A stretch of DNA of 64,000 nt from the human T2T-CHM13v2.0 reference genome, Homo sapiens. The position numbers and the translations under genes were made by a program. Positions 27,096-40,757 of the stretch are shown piece by piece; position 1 is the stretch's first letter, and each line of letters starts with the position of its first letter. The stretch lies in assembly GCF_009914755.1 (NCBI RefSeq), contig NC_060936.1; one strand, given 5' to 3'. Under the pieces are notes generated by a model, which saw only the letters and a list, made by a program, of their open reading frames with translations, had not been told where the DNA came from and did no database searches.

Positions 27096-28396
27096 GCTTT
27101 TTAGAATATAATTTTGCTATCTTACTTAATCTGGTCTATTCTAAACTAATTTTTAAACAATAAGAATTTAAATACGTAGCTATAATGTTTTTCTACCTAA
27201 AATTATTCTTTATCTAGCCAAAATGTAGAGATTCTAAGAAACCTTAGCTGACCTTGTGAGAGTTTCATTTCTTTACCCTACCTTCTTAAATGAGAAGTGT
27301 TTTTCCTCATAATCAATATGGTACCATCATTCTATATTAATTAAAATATTATCTTTCCCTTGTACTACTACACATGTGAAAACTGGGCGAACCATGTCAC
27401 ACAAGATTCTATTACAGGTCACATTTTCTGAAGACTGCTACTCCATTTGTCTATCAAAAACATATCCACCCTTTTGTACTACCTCTCTCCAAGGTGTGAT
27501 ATCTTTACTAGATTGCTCATCTTGTTTATGCCCCATTTTTCTTGGGATTTCTGATTAAGAGTGAGTTAAAAACGAGGATTGTCATTCTTCAATTGTGATG
27601 ATGAATTTTCTCAAAAGAGGAGGTGACCACAAAAACCTAGCTAATGCAAGCATAGCAAACACTTCCCTAAACTCTGTGCAAAAGTCGTATCTACCACACC
27701 CAAAAAGAGTTTCTCTAAGAACCATTAAAGCTTTATACACAGAAATACACACATATGTACACATCCTAACATTCAAACACCTATATGACTACAGAGTAGC
27801 TTTTGCTACTTTCTATATTACTAATGCATAAAGCCCTCACCTTATCCACTAGAGTACAATTCTGTCTGTTACCTTCTGTAACTTTTTCATTACATAAAAG
27901 TTTCAAATTAAATATGGTTTCATCATTCTCAGGTTACTTGAAATATTTTGGCACTGCTAAAAGCTAACACTTTGAAATATTGTCATATGACATCCATCCT
28001 CAATGGATAGCATTGCTCTAAAGAGGAAAATACTGGTTCTTATGATGTAAACAAGTATATATATAGAATATGTCTATAGTATTAGTTTCATGAGGAAAAG
28101 GTGATTAGAAAATGTATAATTAAAGACTTTTTAGAAGGACAATAATAAAAATTTTGAGACACACTGCTATATGTCTATCATTTTGAGAAAAAGTCTCTGA
28201 CATTATCAATGAAATATAATACCACCTTGGTTGGAAATTCACTGATGCTCTGTGGCCTCTTGGTTCTGCTCTCATGTCACAGGAGATTCTTTGAAGTGTG
28301 TCTGTGGGTTACAGGTCATTTGATTATTTCATAGAAATAGGACTAAACTTTAGATATTATAGCTATCAAAGTCATGCTTCATCTGGGTAGTCTGAT

Positions 28397-28561
28397 AGCA
28401 TCACAACTCTTCAAGAGGTGCTTCTGTGTTAAAAGCTTGTGATTCACTAAATACAGAGACCAAAAGTTAACTATTTAGCTAATTATTTATTTCATCATTT
28501 AGTTTGTTTATTCATATATTTATATGTTTAATAGATAATGGCTTGATGGGAGAGCATGGCT
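28397..28561 (+). repeat. 165-bp direct repeat, copy 1 (copy 2 at 29920-30084)
   Basis: Manual alignment gives about 15 mismatches (~91%). Confidence 0.93.
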
Positions 28562-29687
28562 AAAGTTTACATCAAACTTGAAATCTCAAATTCTCCTAAA
28601 ACCTAAGATTTGAATAGTAAAAGTTAGTAGCATATCAGGTGATAATCTTATCAACATTCTAATCATCTTCCCTTTATTATAGAAATTCTACCAGGCACTA
28701 AGCCAGGCTATGTGATTACAGCTTTAAATAACATACAGTTCCTGCTCTCAGGTCTCTACCATATAACAGTAGGTACCACACAAAGGAAACAAACAATTAC
28801 TCATTACCTACATGAGCTGATCAATATATTCCTGCATGATATATAGAATAATAAAATGTAATTTCATTACTATCTGTCCTTATTGTAATTAGTTTACATT
28901 ATATTTTCCTACAGCATTATATTTACTGTCTTATAGAAAATGGAATGGAATTTATATTTTAATAATGTGGAATGGAAGAGTATACTGTATTTTTGTTTAC
29001 AAACATCAATGCTATGATACCTCTGGTCAGAGTATCGTAGAATTTTATAGCTAGAAAGGATACTGCTTAGTCTATTCACAGTCTGAAGTATTTTGTCTTT
29101 AAAAATGTTTCCTTACAACACTATAAGGAACTATTTGCTTAAAAATCCATCAAACCAGTATCTGTACTACAGCAGAAATAAAAGGTTGGTAGGAACAGTT
29201 TTCTGGGCCAATTCTGGAAAAAAAAGAATAAAATTGTATATTGCACTAAGAACTAAGATTAAAGTAATATATAACAATATACAGTAATCTAATAACCTCT
29301 GGACCTAAAACAACGCTGGGCTAAATAATAAACATATTATTGTCATTTTTCAGAGTTTGAGATGATGACAAACATAGGACTCACAGATCCAAAATATGTT
29401 GAACTTTTGGTGGCTGAAACGCATTTCTCAAAACATAGTGTGGAACTATGAGAGTCAAAAAAGACTTGAGGCATATAGTTCCTCAAGATAATATGATTTA
29501 TTAAATTGTTTCATCTCTTGGCTTACTGGTGTGCGACACAATAAGAAATAAAGGAATACGAAGTATGCACAAAAAGTTATTTTTCCCTCTATATTGTTTC
29601 CTTAGATCTGTGGCTGTTAAAGTTTATCTATTTTTATTGATAATTCAAAATTATATAATATTATGCAGAAGAAAGAATTTTGATCTG

Positions 29688-30521
29688 TAAATCTACTAAA
29701 TGGAGAGTGGAGTGAAACGGAATAGTGAACACTTTGACAATGCAAGGTAAATGGCATCTAAGAAAGCATCATTTTAAGCACGTTAAGTATATGTGATTGG
29801 AATCTGATTTTATAGAGGCTTTTCAGTCCCATGAGTTTTCACTCCGTTTTAGGTAAATAAATGGTGCCGTAGGTATTAATCAATTTACAGAACAGCTTCT
29901 TATTGCTGCATAAAATAACAGCATTGCAACTCTTCAAGAGGTGATTCTGTGTTAAAAGCTTATGATTAACTAAATAGGGAGATCAAAAGTTAACTATTTA
30001 GCTATTTATTTATTTCTTCATTTAGTTTGTTTATTCATGTATTTATGTGACTAATAGAAAATGGCTTGATGGGAGAGCATGGCTCCCACTTAAAAACTTT
30101 TATTAAACAAGGTGGCACATAAATAAATGTATTGCCAAAATAATTAAGTAATTAACTCACAGAAGGACAGGAGAGTTACAATCACTGAAAATTGGTAAAT
30201 TCCTGTATTTTATTATGCATATACATATACACACATATATAATAAAATAGCTTTTAACACAGAATCACTTCTTGAAGAGTTGCAATGCTATTACTTTATG
30301 CAGTAATAAAAAGCTGTTTTGTAAATTGATTAATACCTACAGCACCATTTATTTACCTAAAACGGAGTGAAATCTCATGGGACTGAAAAGCCTCGATAAA
30401 ATCAGATTCCAATCACATATACTTAATGTGCTTAAAATGATGCTTTCTTAGATGCCATTTACCTTGCACTGTCAAAGTGTTCACTATTCTGTTTCACTCC
30501 ATTCTCCATTTAGTAGATTTA
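29688..30521. repeat. Inverted repeat: 273-bp arms 29688-29960 and 30249-30521, 288-bp spacer
   Basis: Manual reverse-complement alignment gives 13 mismatches and no gaps (~95%). Confidence 0.97.
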
Positions 30522-30596
30522 AATGGAGAATGGAAATATATACACACGTACATATATAATAAAATATATATGTGTATATATATATGTGTGTGTATG

Positions 30597-30627
<31 letters not shown>

Positions 30628-30890
30628 ATCTACGTTTCTCTGTATATACAAAGAGATGGAGAAAAAAAAGAAAAGACCATTCTTGTATTCATAGGAAATG
30701 TATTGACTCCTGAAATTGGTGATTATCAAAAGGATGAGATTCTGCAAACTTCGAAGGAGAAAGGTCATCCCTTTTCAAACGGCTCTCCAATTGATATCAG
30801 GTTCATTTTTCTAAGTTCAGGGTCTTCTTAAACACTTAACAACATCTTAATTGAGTGCTTACATTACTACTGTAAGTTTAATTTCTGTAA

Positions 30891-31248
<358 letters not shown>

Positions 31249-32043
31249 CTAGAACTCCAATCAATATGGTGAACTGAGCTAATGGAAATTAACCTACCCA
31301 GATGCTTTAAACACACAGGAATGTTGTGTATAAAATATATTTTTTAAGTTGTAAATATATAACTGAGTTTGATACCAACAAAACAAATATCTTTGCGCTA
31401 GTAATGAAGAGGAGATTAATGACCAGTACTTAATTATTTTTAACAAAAGTCCAATAGAGAGAGCAAAATCAGGATGTTAAGTTAGAGGTAGTAAGGGGAC
31501 CTAGAGCTTAACTACATAAAGACAAAAGTGAAGAATGAAGCCAAAATAGTAACAAAAAAGTCCTCCATCCACCACCCTAGCAGCAGGAATGTTTGCTGTC
31601 CTTTATGACTTAAGGTGAAAATTGTTATCCTTGAAAAATTGGGACCTCCTGTTAGCAACTTGCTGAAAGGTCTAAATTCACACACTAAATTCACACTACT
31701 GAAGCAGTGAGGGGACACCAGCTGAGAGGCAGTGTAAACACTCATATAGGCCCATAGGGCTCTGGCAACAGTGAATGCTAAACATCTTCTAGAGTTCAGC
31801 CCACAGTCCAGAACCCACAGGGCTTCCATGGAAGCAATGCCTTTTGAGGCTGCACTCAGACTCAAGACTTAAAAACATGAAAAAGAAATGAATTATCACG
31901 GAGAATGAAGGATGAAAACAAATGGGTATCTTGAATCTTAAAAGTTAGACATTAGAAGACAATCTGAAAGGAACTTCAAAATAAGGTAGGCTATTATGTT
32001 CAAAGAGAAACAAAAATGCAGGCAGATTTGACAAGAGAACCAA

Positions 32044-32362
<319 letters not shown>

Positions 32363-32749
32363 TTATTGAAATTAGCAATAAAATGTCAATGTACAGTTTG
32401 AATTGTTGACTAGCCATAGATGTATGAATAATTAATAAACCATAAACAATTTGAGCTCACATGGAAGAGGCAACTAATAATATGAAGAACTTAGATATGA
32501 AAAAAAGAAAGTGCTAATAGAAGGAGAAAATAAATGGAGCAAAAACATATTCCCAGTGATCAAGGACTTCAAACTTACATATTCCTTTAAGATGATAGTA
32601 ATGATTTATTGGGGAAAATAGATCAAAGTATTATTTTAAGATAATTCAAATTGAATTTGAGGAAAAGCAAAATGCCTTCCACATGCTTCTAATATTTTTA
32701 ATTGACTTTGTCTTTCTGTATTATTAAAACAATCATGTCCATCATCTCT

Positions 32750-33020
32750 AAAGCTTTTACCATATTCCAGGTACTTAACCAATAATTTTACTATTTTTTA
32801 TTTCCTCCAATCCTTGTAACACCCATGTGAGGGAGGTCCCATTTGTCTTGCTTTACTGTTAATGAAACTAGAGTTTAGAAGGGTTAAGTAACAATAAAAC
32901 TAGAGTTCAGAAGGGTTAAGCAACTTGGAAAAACTTAGATGATTCATGAGTGGAGTCTGGATTCCAATTCTGGTTATCTGGCCTGATCCCATTCACTTAA
33001 CAACTCTCCAATACCACACT
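32750..33020 (-). mobile_element. MIR with an internal 32-bp-period tandem duplication (32865-32924)
   Basis: 'aaactagagtt(t/c)agaagggttaag(t/c)aac' occurs twice in the MIR core. Confidence 0.75.
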
Positions 33021-33449
33021 TCAAAAAATAAAAATAAAAAAGAAAGAAAATTGCAGATTTAAATAGTCACAAGAAAAAATATTTTGAAAGAAATAAAACC
33101 TCCTAGTCACATTTTCTTTCTGACAAAATATTTTAAACCAATTCTCTTTAGAATACAGATATCCTCTCCAAAGCTCTGTAGTTTTAATGTGTCTTTCTTA
33201 CCAGACAACTGAACCTCTTTGTGAAGCTCTCAATATGTAATCCTGACTCACCACTTTAAAACTATCTGATAAACTTGCCGATTGGAACAGACTAATGTTT
33301 TTATTGTAACAGATCTAAAAACCTCTTAAATTCTGCACTTGTTACCTCTCTTCTAAAACTCTCTGTTTTCCACCTGCTTTCAGCACCCAAAATGTATTTC
33401 AATTGTATCTTGGCTTCTTTCAGATTTCAAGATTTACATTATCAATTTA

Positions 33450-34240
33450 CTCTCAGGACAAAATAAATTATGAGAATAATGAATTTTAAACCATACAATA
33501 AAAATAACTATGGGTCTAAACAATATAAAAATAATTGAATAAACGAACAAATGTGGGAGAAAGGATAGTTCTTCCTTGTAGTAGAATTCCCAAATGACCA
33601 TTAGGCAGACAGCAAAGTACTAATTGTCACAGGCAAAAATCATCAATGAGTGGTAAATTATTGTGTTAAAGAATATGCAATGGAATGTTTGCACAGTCTC
33701 AAAGTATTTTTTTAACAAGATACTTATACGTCATAGAGGAAAAATCGTAACTTTACAGTGGAAAAATGCAGAAAAAAGCTACCTTAGCCATGTCACGATG
33801 TTAACATCACCAGTATTAAGACTCATGGACATCATGTCCTTCCTAGTATAAAGCACTGAGAAGAGCATTAATCACTTCTAGGGTATTCTTGCCCCCACAA
33901 AAATACTGAACTTTAATCATGAGACAGCATGAAACAAACCAAAACTGATGGACATTTTACAAAATAATTGGCCAGTACTCTCCAACAGTGTCAAGGTCAT
34001 AAAAAACAAAGGCTGAGGAACTATCACAAATTGAATAATAAGAAAAAATGCTAAGTAAATAGTCTGGGACCTGGAATTAAATTCTGGGACCAAGAAAAGA
34101 GCATTAGTGAATAATTCTGATATTGTCTGTAGATTAGTAAATAGTATTTAATTAATGCTAATTTTCTTATTTCGGTAGTTATACTATGGTCATACAATAT
34201 ATTTGCTGTAAATCTAAAATTATTTCATTATAAAAAGTTA
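33450..34240 (+). mobile_element. L1MC 3' end remnant
   Basis: L1MC-type 3'UTR motifs, ending 'tgtaaatctaaaattatttcattataaaaagtt'. Confidence 0.7.
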
Positions 34241-34548
34241 GTAAAGGATAATAATGTACGTCTTGGTTCACATTTAGTTGGATAATACTTGGCATATGCT
34301 AGAGAATTCTTTCTCTCCTATGAACCTGTAAACTTTCAATTCTTCACTAACTTTCTTTGTCATGAAACACACACATAAGTGCATACATACATGCAATTAT
34401 AGCTATCCTGACATATCTTTTCTAAAAGAAATTTTATTAAACTTTATTAAATAAATAAATAACCTATTCATTTTAAATTATGACTATATATGAAGCTGCT
34501 TACATGAGAAGCAGATTGGTTCAAATCTATGTTTATAGATCGTCTGGC

Positions 34549-34732
34549 AAAGTGGTTTTCAACTTGGGTAAATTTTGTCCTAAAGAGAATATTTGACAGT
34601 TTCTGGAGACCAGGGAAAAGCACTACTGGCACCTAGCAATGCTGTTACAAACTTTACAATTCTCATGACAGTCCCCACAATAAAGATTTATCCAGTCCAA
34701 AATGTTAAGAATACAATGGCCGAGAAATTCTG
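34549..34732 (+). mobile_element. MER20 (hAT-Charlie) DNA transposon
   Basis: 'agtggttttcaac...tttctggagac...ctactggcacctag...tatccagtccaaaatgt...gagaaattctg'. Confidence 0.8.
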
Positions 34733-34824
34733 CCCTAGCCAACGATTGCTTAACTCTTTGAGGTGTCCCATGGGGCTCCAAAATTGAATATAGCATAATA
34801 TGCATCCACTATTTTATGTCATGC

Positions 34825-35456
34825 TGGAATAGTAGGAAAGACACTGGGTACCGGCAGACAAAAGACACGGTAACCAAGATCCCAATGGGCCTCACTCCCC
34901 TAAGGTCTTGCCTCCCTTAACCGGCTGACCCAAGTCCTATAGCAGAAAGCTGTTTCCTCCTAACTTGGCCGGCCGGACCAAATTCCTAACCCTAAAAGGA
35001 CGAACTTAACCGTTTATCTAATTGAGTGATGTCTTCCAAGGTTGCTGAAGTGGGCTCTGCCATTTCCGATTAGAACCTCATCAGATCCAGCTGGCGGGCA
35101 ACAAGATGGTCTCTAGTGCTGACCGGCATTCACCGCAAGGCACGGTTCATTCACTATTTTCTGCCCGTGGGACGCCTGTTAGGGCCTGATGCCCCACTCC
35201 AAAGGCGCAGGAAAAGCCCCGCCTACTCATGCCTGCATGCCAAGACACTCTTTTTCCCATTCTAGCTTCCTTAAAATGACAGGGGAGCCGAGTCCTTTGA
35301 GGAGCTAGCACCAGGGCCCCTTTCCTGTTCGCTGCTCCCTTGTGCTATTGAAGCCACCGGCCTGTTAAATCTTGCCTGAGAAAAATTTCTGTTTGGCCTG
35401 ATGCTAATTTCTACATCTGCGAGAGCCAAAGAATCCAGGTCCAGGGTATGGTAACA
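34825..35456 (+). mobile_element. ERV1-class solo LTR, CpG-rich
   Basis: TG...CA termini. 4-bp TSD atgc at 34821-34824 and 35457-35460. U5-like end 'aatttctac...gagagccaaagaatcc...ggtaaca'. Family not identified. Confidence 0.7.
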
Positions 35457-36093
35457 ATGCCATCTCAAATGTATTTGCCAAACTTGATGAAAAACAATAC
35501 AGCTCTTTTGTGTGGTGTGGAAACAGAAAACATGAATTAATTTATGTTAAACAAAGACTGCAATGTGTAACTTAGCACGCAGAGATATTTCATTTTTATC
35601 TTTGTTCTTTCCCTCTGTTTTTTTTCATAGCAGACTCCTTGCATTTCAGTGAATACAATGTTATAAACCAACATGATGAATGCTGCTTTCAGAGAAGAGG
35701 GCAAAACACTGGTCCCAACTTCACTATCTCCATGTCAGTAACTATTGGAATTTTGCTGACTAGCAATAGTCCAACCCTTTTAGAGGCTTTTGATTCTTCT
35801 GTTTTTTTGATGAACTTGGATGCAGGCTTTTCCAATGCAAACCCAAGTAGTTCTTTAAAACTAATCTTCTCAGAAGGCGGCAAAACACAGTCATTGTAAT
35901 CACGGTTCGCGGAGTAGGAATCCCTGGGTTCATATTCTGACTTTACTGTGCTGTACGTCTGTGGGGAAATAAGCTTTTGTGCTATATTTTCCTCGTATGT
36001 AATATTAAAAGTAAGAATTCTCACCTCCTAAAGTTGTGCAGATTAGCTATAGAACACTTAGAATACTGTCTGGCACATTAAAAGCTCTATGTA

Positions 36094-36420
<327 letters not shown>

Positions 36421-37808
36421 CTATCATTATTACTATTGTTTAAAAGGAGGCTACTCCTTGCAGAGTAGCCAGGATTGGACTCAATGCACAAAGAATCTCT
36501 TAAGAGTCTGTTTCATCAACAATGTCCTTCTGTAGACCACCCAGGCAAACATGTAAAGCTGGTATGTCTTTTGTCAGGTTATCTGTCTCTATCCTTATCT
36601 TATCTTTGTTCCCGTGAGAATTTTTAATCAGCTTTCCTTATTCTCTGCAGGCTCCTAAGGTCCAGATTTCCTGGAGACCTAGTCATGGACTTCCCAGGGT
36701 CTTTCCTACTGGTAGATTACAAACACATAGTCACTAACGTTAGATAATGCCATTTTGATGGTTACAGCTAAAAAAGCACCCTGACTATGAAGACAATTTT
36801 GGATTGCATGCATAATTTCATGAATTTATAAGACTTGTTCTCAAATTTATAGCTTCATAAAATTTGAACCACAAAAGATGTTTAAAGTTTTATTCCCATA
36901 TTATTTTGTATTTGTTTCAAAGCTGGCCATCTGGGGTTCTCCTCCTGCCTAGAAATAACCTCCATTTACCCAATTCCAACATGAGACATTTGAGTCTCTA
37001 AAATGTGATCTTGTTTTAAATGTCATAATTAAAATGTAATTATTCTGTCTAAAATGGGATATATTAACTAAATGCATGCACTTTTGTTCTATATGTTACA
37101 TCCAGGATTAAATCAAAACCCACTTTTTAAATCCAAACCCCTTTCTATGTTTGTAGCTTAAAAACTATTATTTTCTTTACATTCTGACTTGCTTATGTTA
37201 TATAAACTGATAGGCTGTAGTGACTCTTATTTCCATTAGTAATTTGGAGATTTATGTAACTTAAAATATTTTGTTAAGTTAGACACAAGGAGTTTAAAGC
37301 TTATTCAAAGGAATTTTTAAAAATTTTCTTTCAGTCTGTTTTTTGGTCTTGTGTACAACAGGGACTAAAGCAGAAGGAGAGTGTAGTAGACATGAAATAA
37401 ACACCGCAATTATTACCTTCATAGGACACAAGTAAAGGGGATACTCTTTTCAGTGTGGACTATCAAAAAAGGCTTAAATATGCCACTTAAGATACATGTT
37501 ATGCAAAATAGCCTGATGAGACACAGTTTTCTTCGCTGTCAACTTAAATAGTGGAGCCAGAAAGAGTCTAACTAGTTTTAATAAGAGAAAGCAGATTGTT
37601 TGAGGTTTGGTATTTTTCTTATGTGCCCAGCTCAGGAACAAATGGGTCATCACTAGAAGTACAATTTTCTTGTAACAGGTATAATACTTTTCAATATTTT
37701 ATATTTGTTTCCAACCTCCTGGTTGGGCAGTTTGTGCATATTTTCTGAAACTATTTCTAAAAGTTATAAGTAACAAAGAAATAAAATGAAGCCAAGTGTC
37801 TATCATTC

Positions 37809-39118
37809 TACCTAATTTGTCTGATTTAATTTTACAGAGCACTCATTGGAATACCTGTGTAGCCACATGCTTTTTCTCTATGGATAAGCCTCTTTCTGAC
37901 AGTAGTAAGGAGCTTGTGTCACATTTGTAGCATACATAGCTGCCCTATTCATGTTATTTATTGGTCTAGGTGTATGTCCTAATTTGATGTGTTCAAATAC
38001 AATAATTAAGTCACACACCTAAACCTCAAGGTAAGCTTTTTAAATAATCATAACATTCATTTTTGAATGAATACTAAGACCAATACTAAATAGTAAGTAG
38101 GTATTCCTTTCATTCTGTTTTATCACAGAGAGGCTAAGTCAGTTGCCAATAGCTAGGAACTGGCAGAACAAAGTACTAAACCCAGGAATACAGCCCTAGA
38201 GTCTTCACTTTTAACCACAGCAAAATGGATTCCTTCTCAGGAATTTGATAATGCTAATACAAACAGCACTTTTCTCTCACCTAAGCCTTGAAGTAAAGGC
38301 TATTTTGACCAGTTGGGATAGAGAAGACCCCAGCATTATGTTTCAACACACTTTCCCTATTTAGTGTGGCAAGAAAGAGAATTCATAGAATATCCTAAAT
38401 AGTCAATAATGCTGCCATATTTTATACAAAGCAGAGCCCTCTATTCACTTCACCATCTAATAAAATAAAATTGACAACTGAAAAGCATGAACTCAGATTA
38501 GCTAATAAATAAATAAATAAATCCATCAAAAATTTCCAGCTTGAAAAAAGCCAGCAACCTCTGAATGTAGACTACAAAATCTGTAAGGATATAATGATGG
38601 AATCTTCTCCAACGACCCATTCTAAAGTGAGGGTCAGATAATGGATACTGACAATGTCCCAGGGCATAACATACAGCTTGTGGACTACTTTTCATTTTGT
38701 CTAAAGTGCTATTTAAAATAGTATTTGTAAAAAATTAAACCCTTAGAATTCTTTACTTGCACTTTTAATATTAACCTTTAATTAGAGCTTGTGTTCTGTA
38801 TCATCCTAGTCTCTATCAAGGCCAAATTATAAAAGAATAGAAGACATCTAAAAATAATTCACATAATCTTCAAATTGAAACTATCATTTTTGAAATCTCC
38901 ACAGAAATATTTTCAGAATTTTCAGCAATTTGTTTTATTATTCAAATTCAAATTTGTATAATGTACCTAATTCAATTTAATAGAGCACTCTTTAGAATCC
39001 CTATGTAGCCATATGCTTTTTCTCTATGAGTAATCTTCTCTCTTGACAGTAGGAAGGAGCTTGTGCCACATTTACAGAGTACATACCTGCCCTATTCATG
39101 TCACTTATTGGTCTAGGT
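37809..39118 (+). repeat. Dispersed direct repeat pair 37809-37971 and 38964-39118
   Basis: 'agagcactc...tagcca.atgctttttctctatg...aaggagcttgtg...ctgccctattcatg...ttattggtctaggt' occurs twice, roughly 80-85% identical. Confidence 0.9.
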
Positions 39119-40711
39119 TTTGCAGGGAGGACGGGGTTTACAGTAAGGACATGGTTCTATTATTAAGACAAGCTCCATTAATTTTCAAATAATAGAATAA
39201 TTTTGTCAAAATATAAAACATATTCACATATATTTGATCACAGATTAAATAATTTTTAGTAAAAACAAAAAGATAAAAAAGGAATTGTGCTGAACAAGCC
39301 CATAGAATCAATTAAAAACATATATTATCAGTAAATGACACTTATACTGTGCAAGCTGTAAGTATAGTCTGTGTGTCAAAAAAAGTTTCTTAGACAATAA
39401 GTATCAAAAAATAAAAAAATTCTACAAATAGGGAAAATGTAAAGTCAAGTGTGAAATAAGAAATAGCATTCCCCATAAAACACTTAAGGACAAACCAAAA
39501 ATCTACAGAAACATTTTATGAATTAGAAATTATAAATATATAGCACAGATTTGTACTATGGGTGAAAATATCATGCCATCTAGGTTGAAACGACTAGTCG
39601 TCAATTTAACAAGAGTATGCTTGGGAGAAAGTTAATATGAGCTCTCTGGAAAGTACATTATTCATTGTTAGTGAACATGCTTGATACAGAATCAAGGCAT
39701 TATTGATATCTCAACAAGGAGGCAAATCAAAAGATACAAATTCAAAAGGTTCCTTTTCAAAGAGAAGAGAATAACAAATGAGTAAAATAATTATGAAACA
39801 ACCAAAATATTAAATGAAGACATCCTTCGAAATTGAACTCTAAAGAGCACATTCATTGAATATGTTTTATATGAAAAAGTCAGTATTCTGTGGTATAGGA
39901 CATACACACAGAGTAATCACTGCCTTTTGTGAGATTATAATCAAGCTCTATAATAATTCAGAACATTTTTACATTTAGAAGAAAAAATTCACTTTTAAAC
40001 AACTACTTTATGGAAGACTGAAATATTCAAATTTAGAGTTATTGTGGGTTTGCAATGAAGAGCTTGTCAAAGTAAAAAATTATACACACATATATTTATA
40101 TATTATATGTAGGTATTATATATAACACATATAATATGTATATATTATACATATTATGGATATATAATGTGTACAAATTATACATGTGTATATATAATTA
40201 TATGTATGTATATTATATATAGTTATACACACACATAGATATACACACACATTCAAACACAATATATCTCCTATCTTTAAATCCATGTCGGCATTAAAAT
40301 GTTAATTTTTAATGTAGTCTCATAAAGGCAAATACAACAGTACCAATTTCATTATTTTTATCCCACACCACTTCACACTTAGAAAATCCAATTTGCTCTC
40401 TTCTGTTCATCTTATGACTTTAATAACCTTTGGTAACTTGATGATTTCCACCCACAAAGACATATTCTTTCTGTCTAAAAGTCAATCAACACTGATGCCT
40501 CAATATCAAATGTCCTCAAAATCAACACATCTAAAACTTAACTTATCTAATCCTTATCACCATCTTTCTAGTTACTTTTCTAATTATCCTATATCTTATT
40601 GAACCAAAATACGTGCCCTTTCTATTACAACATAAGACAAAGTGGTCCCTCTACCATTTCTGTTACTTAGAAAATATTCATTTTTGTTAATTTGCCAGCA
40701 TCTCTCCCAGA

Positions 40712-40721
40712 ATGTGTGTGT

Positions 40722-40754
<33 letters not shown>
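40712..40754. repeat. (TG)n microsatellite; other (CA/TG)/(TA) tracts at 6420-6455, 30565-30627, 40080-40255 and 43055-43171
   Basis: Direct reading. Confidence 0.95.

Positions 40755-40757
<3 letters not shown>

Noticed and set aside
29688-30521. Inverted repeat as a MITE or DNA transposon
   Set aside because: No TSD flanks the outer ends, the termini are not CAG/TA-type, and an independent direct repeat crosses the arm-spacer boundary.
35689-36024. 111-aa minus-strand ORF next to the LTR
   Set aside because: It has a non-ATG start, begins in MIR-derived sequence and has no recognisable homology.
39590-39601. 12-bp perfect palindrome acgactagtcgt (also a near-palindrome at ~56289-56309)
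   Set aside because: Too short to distinguish from chance in 64 kb.
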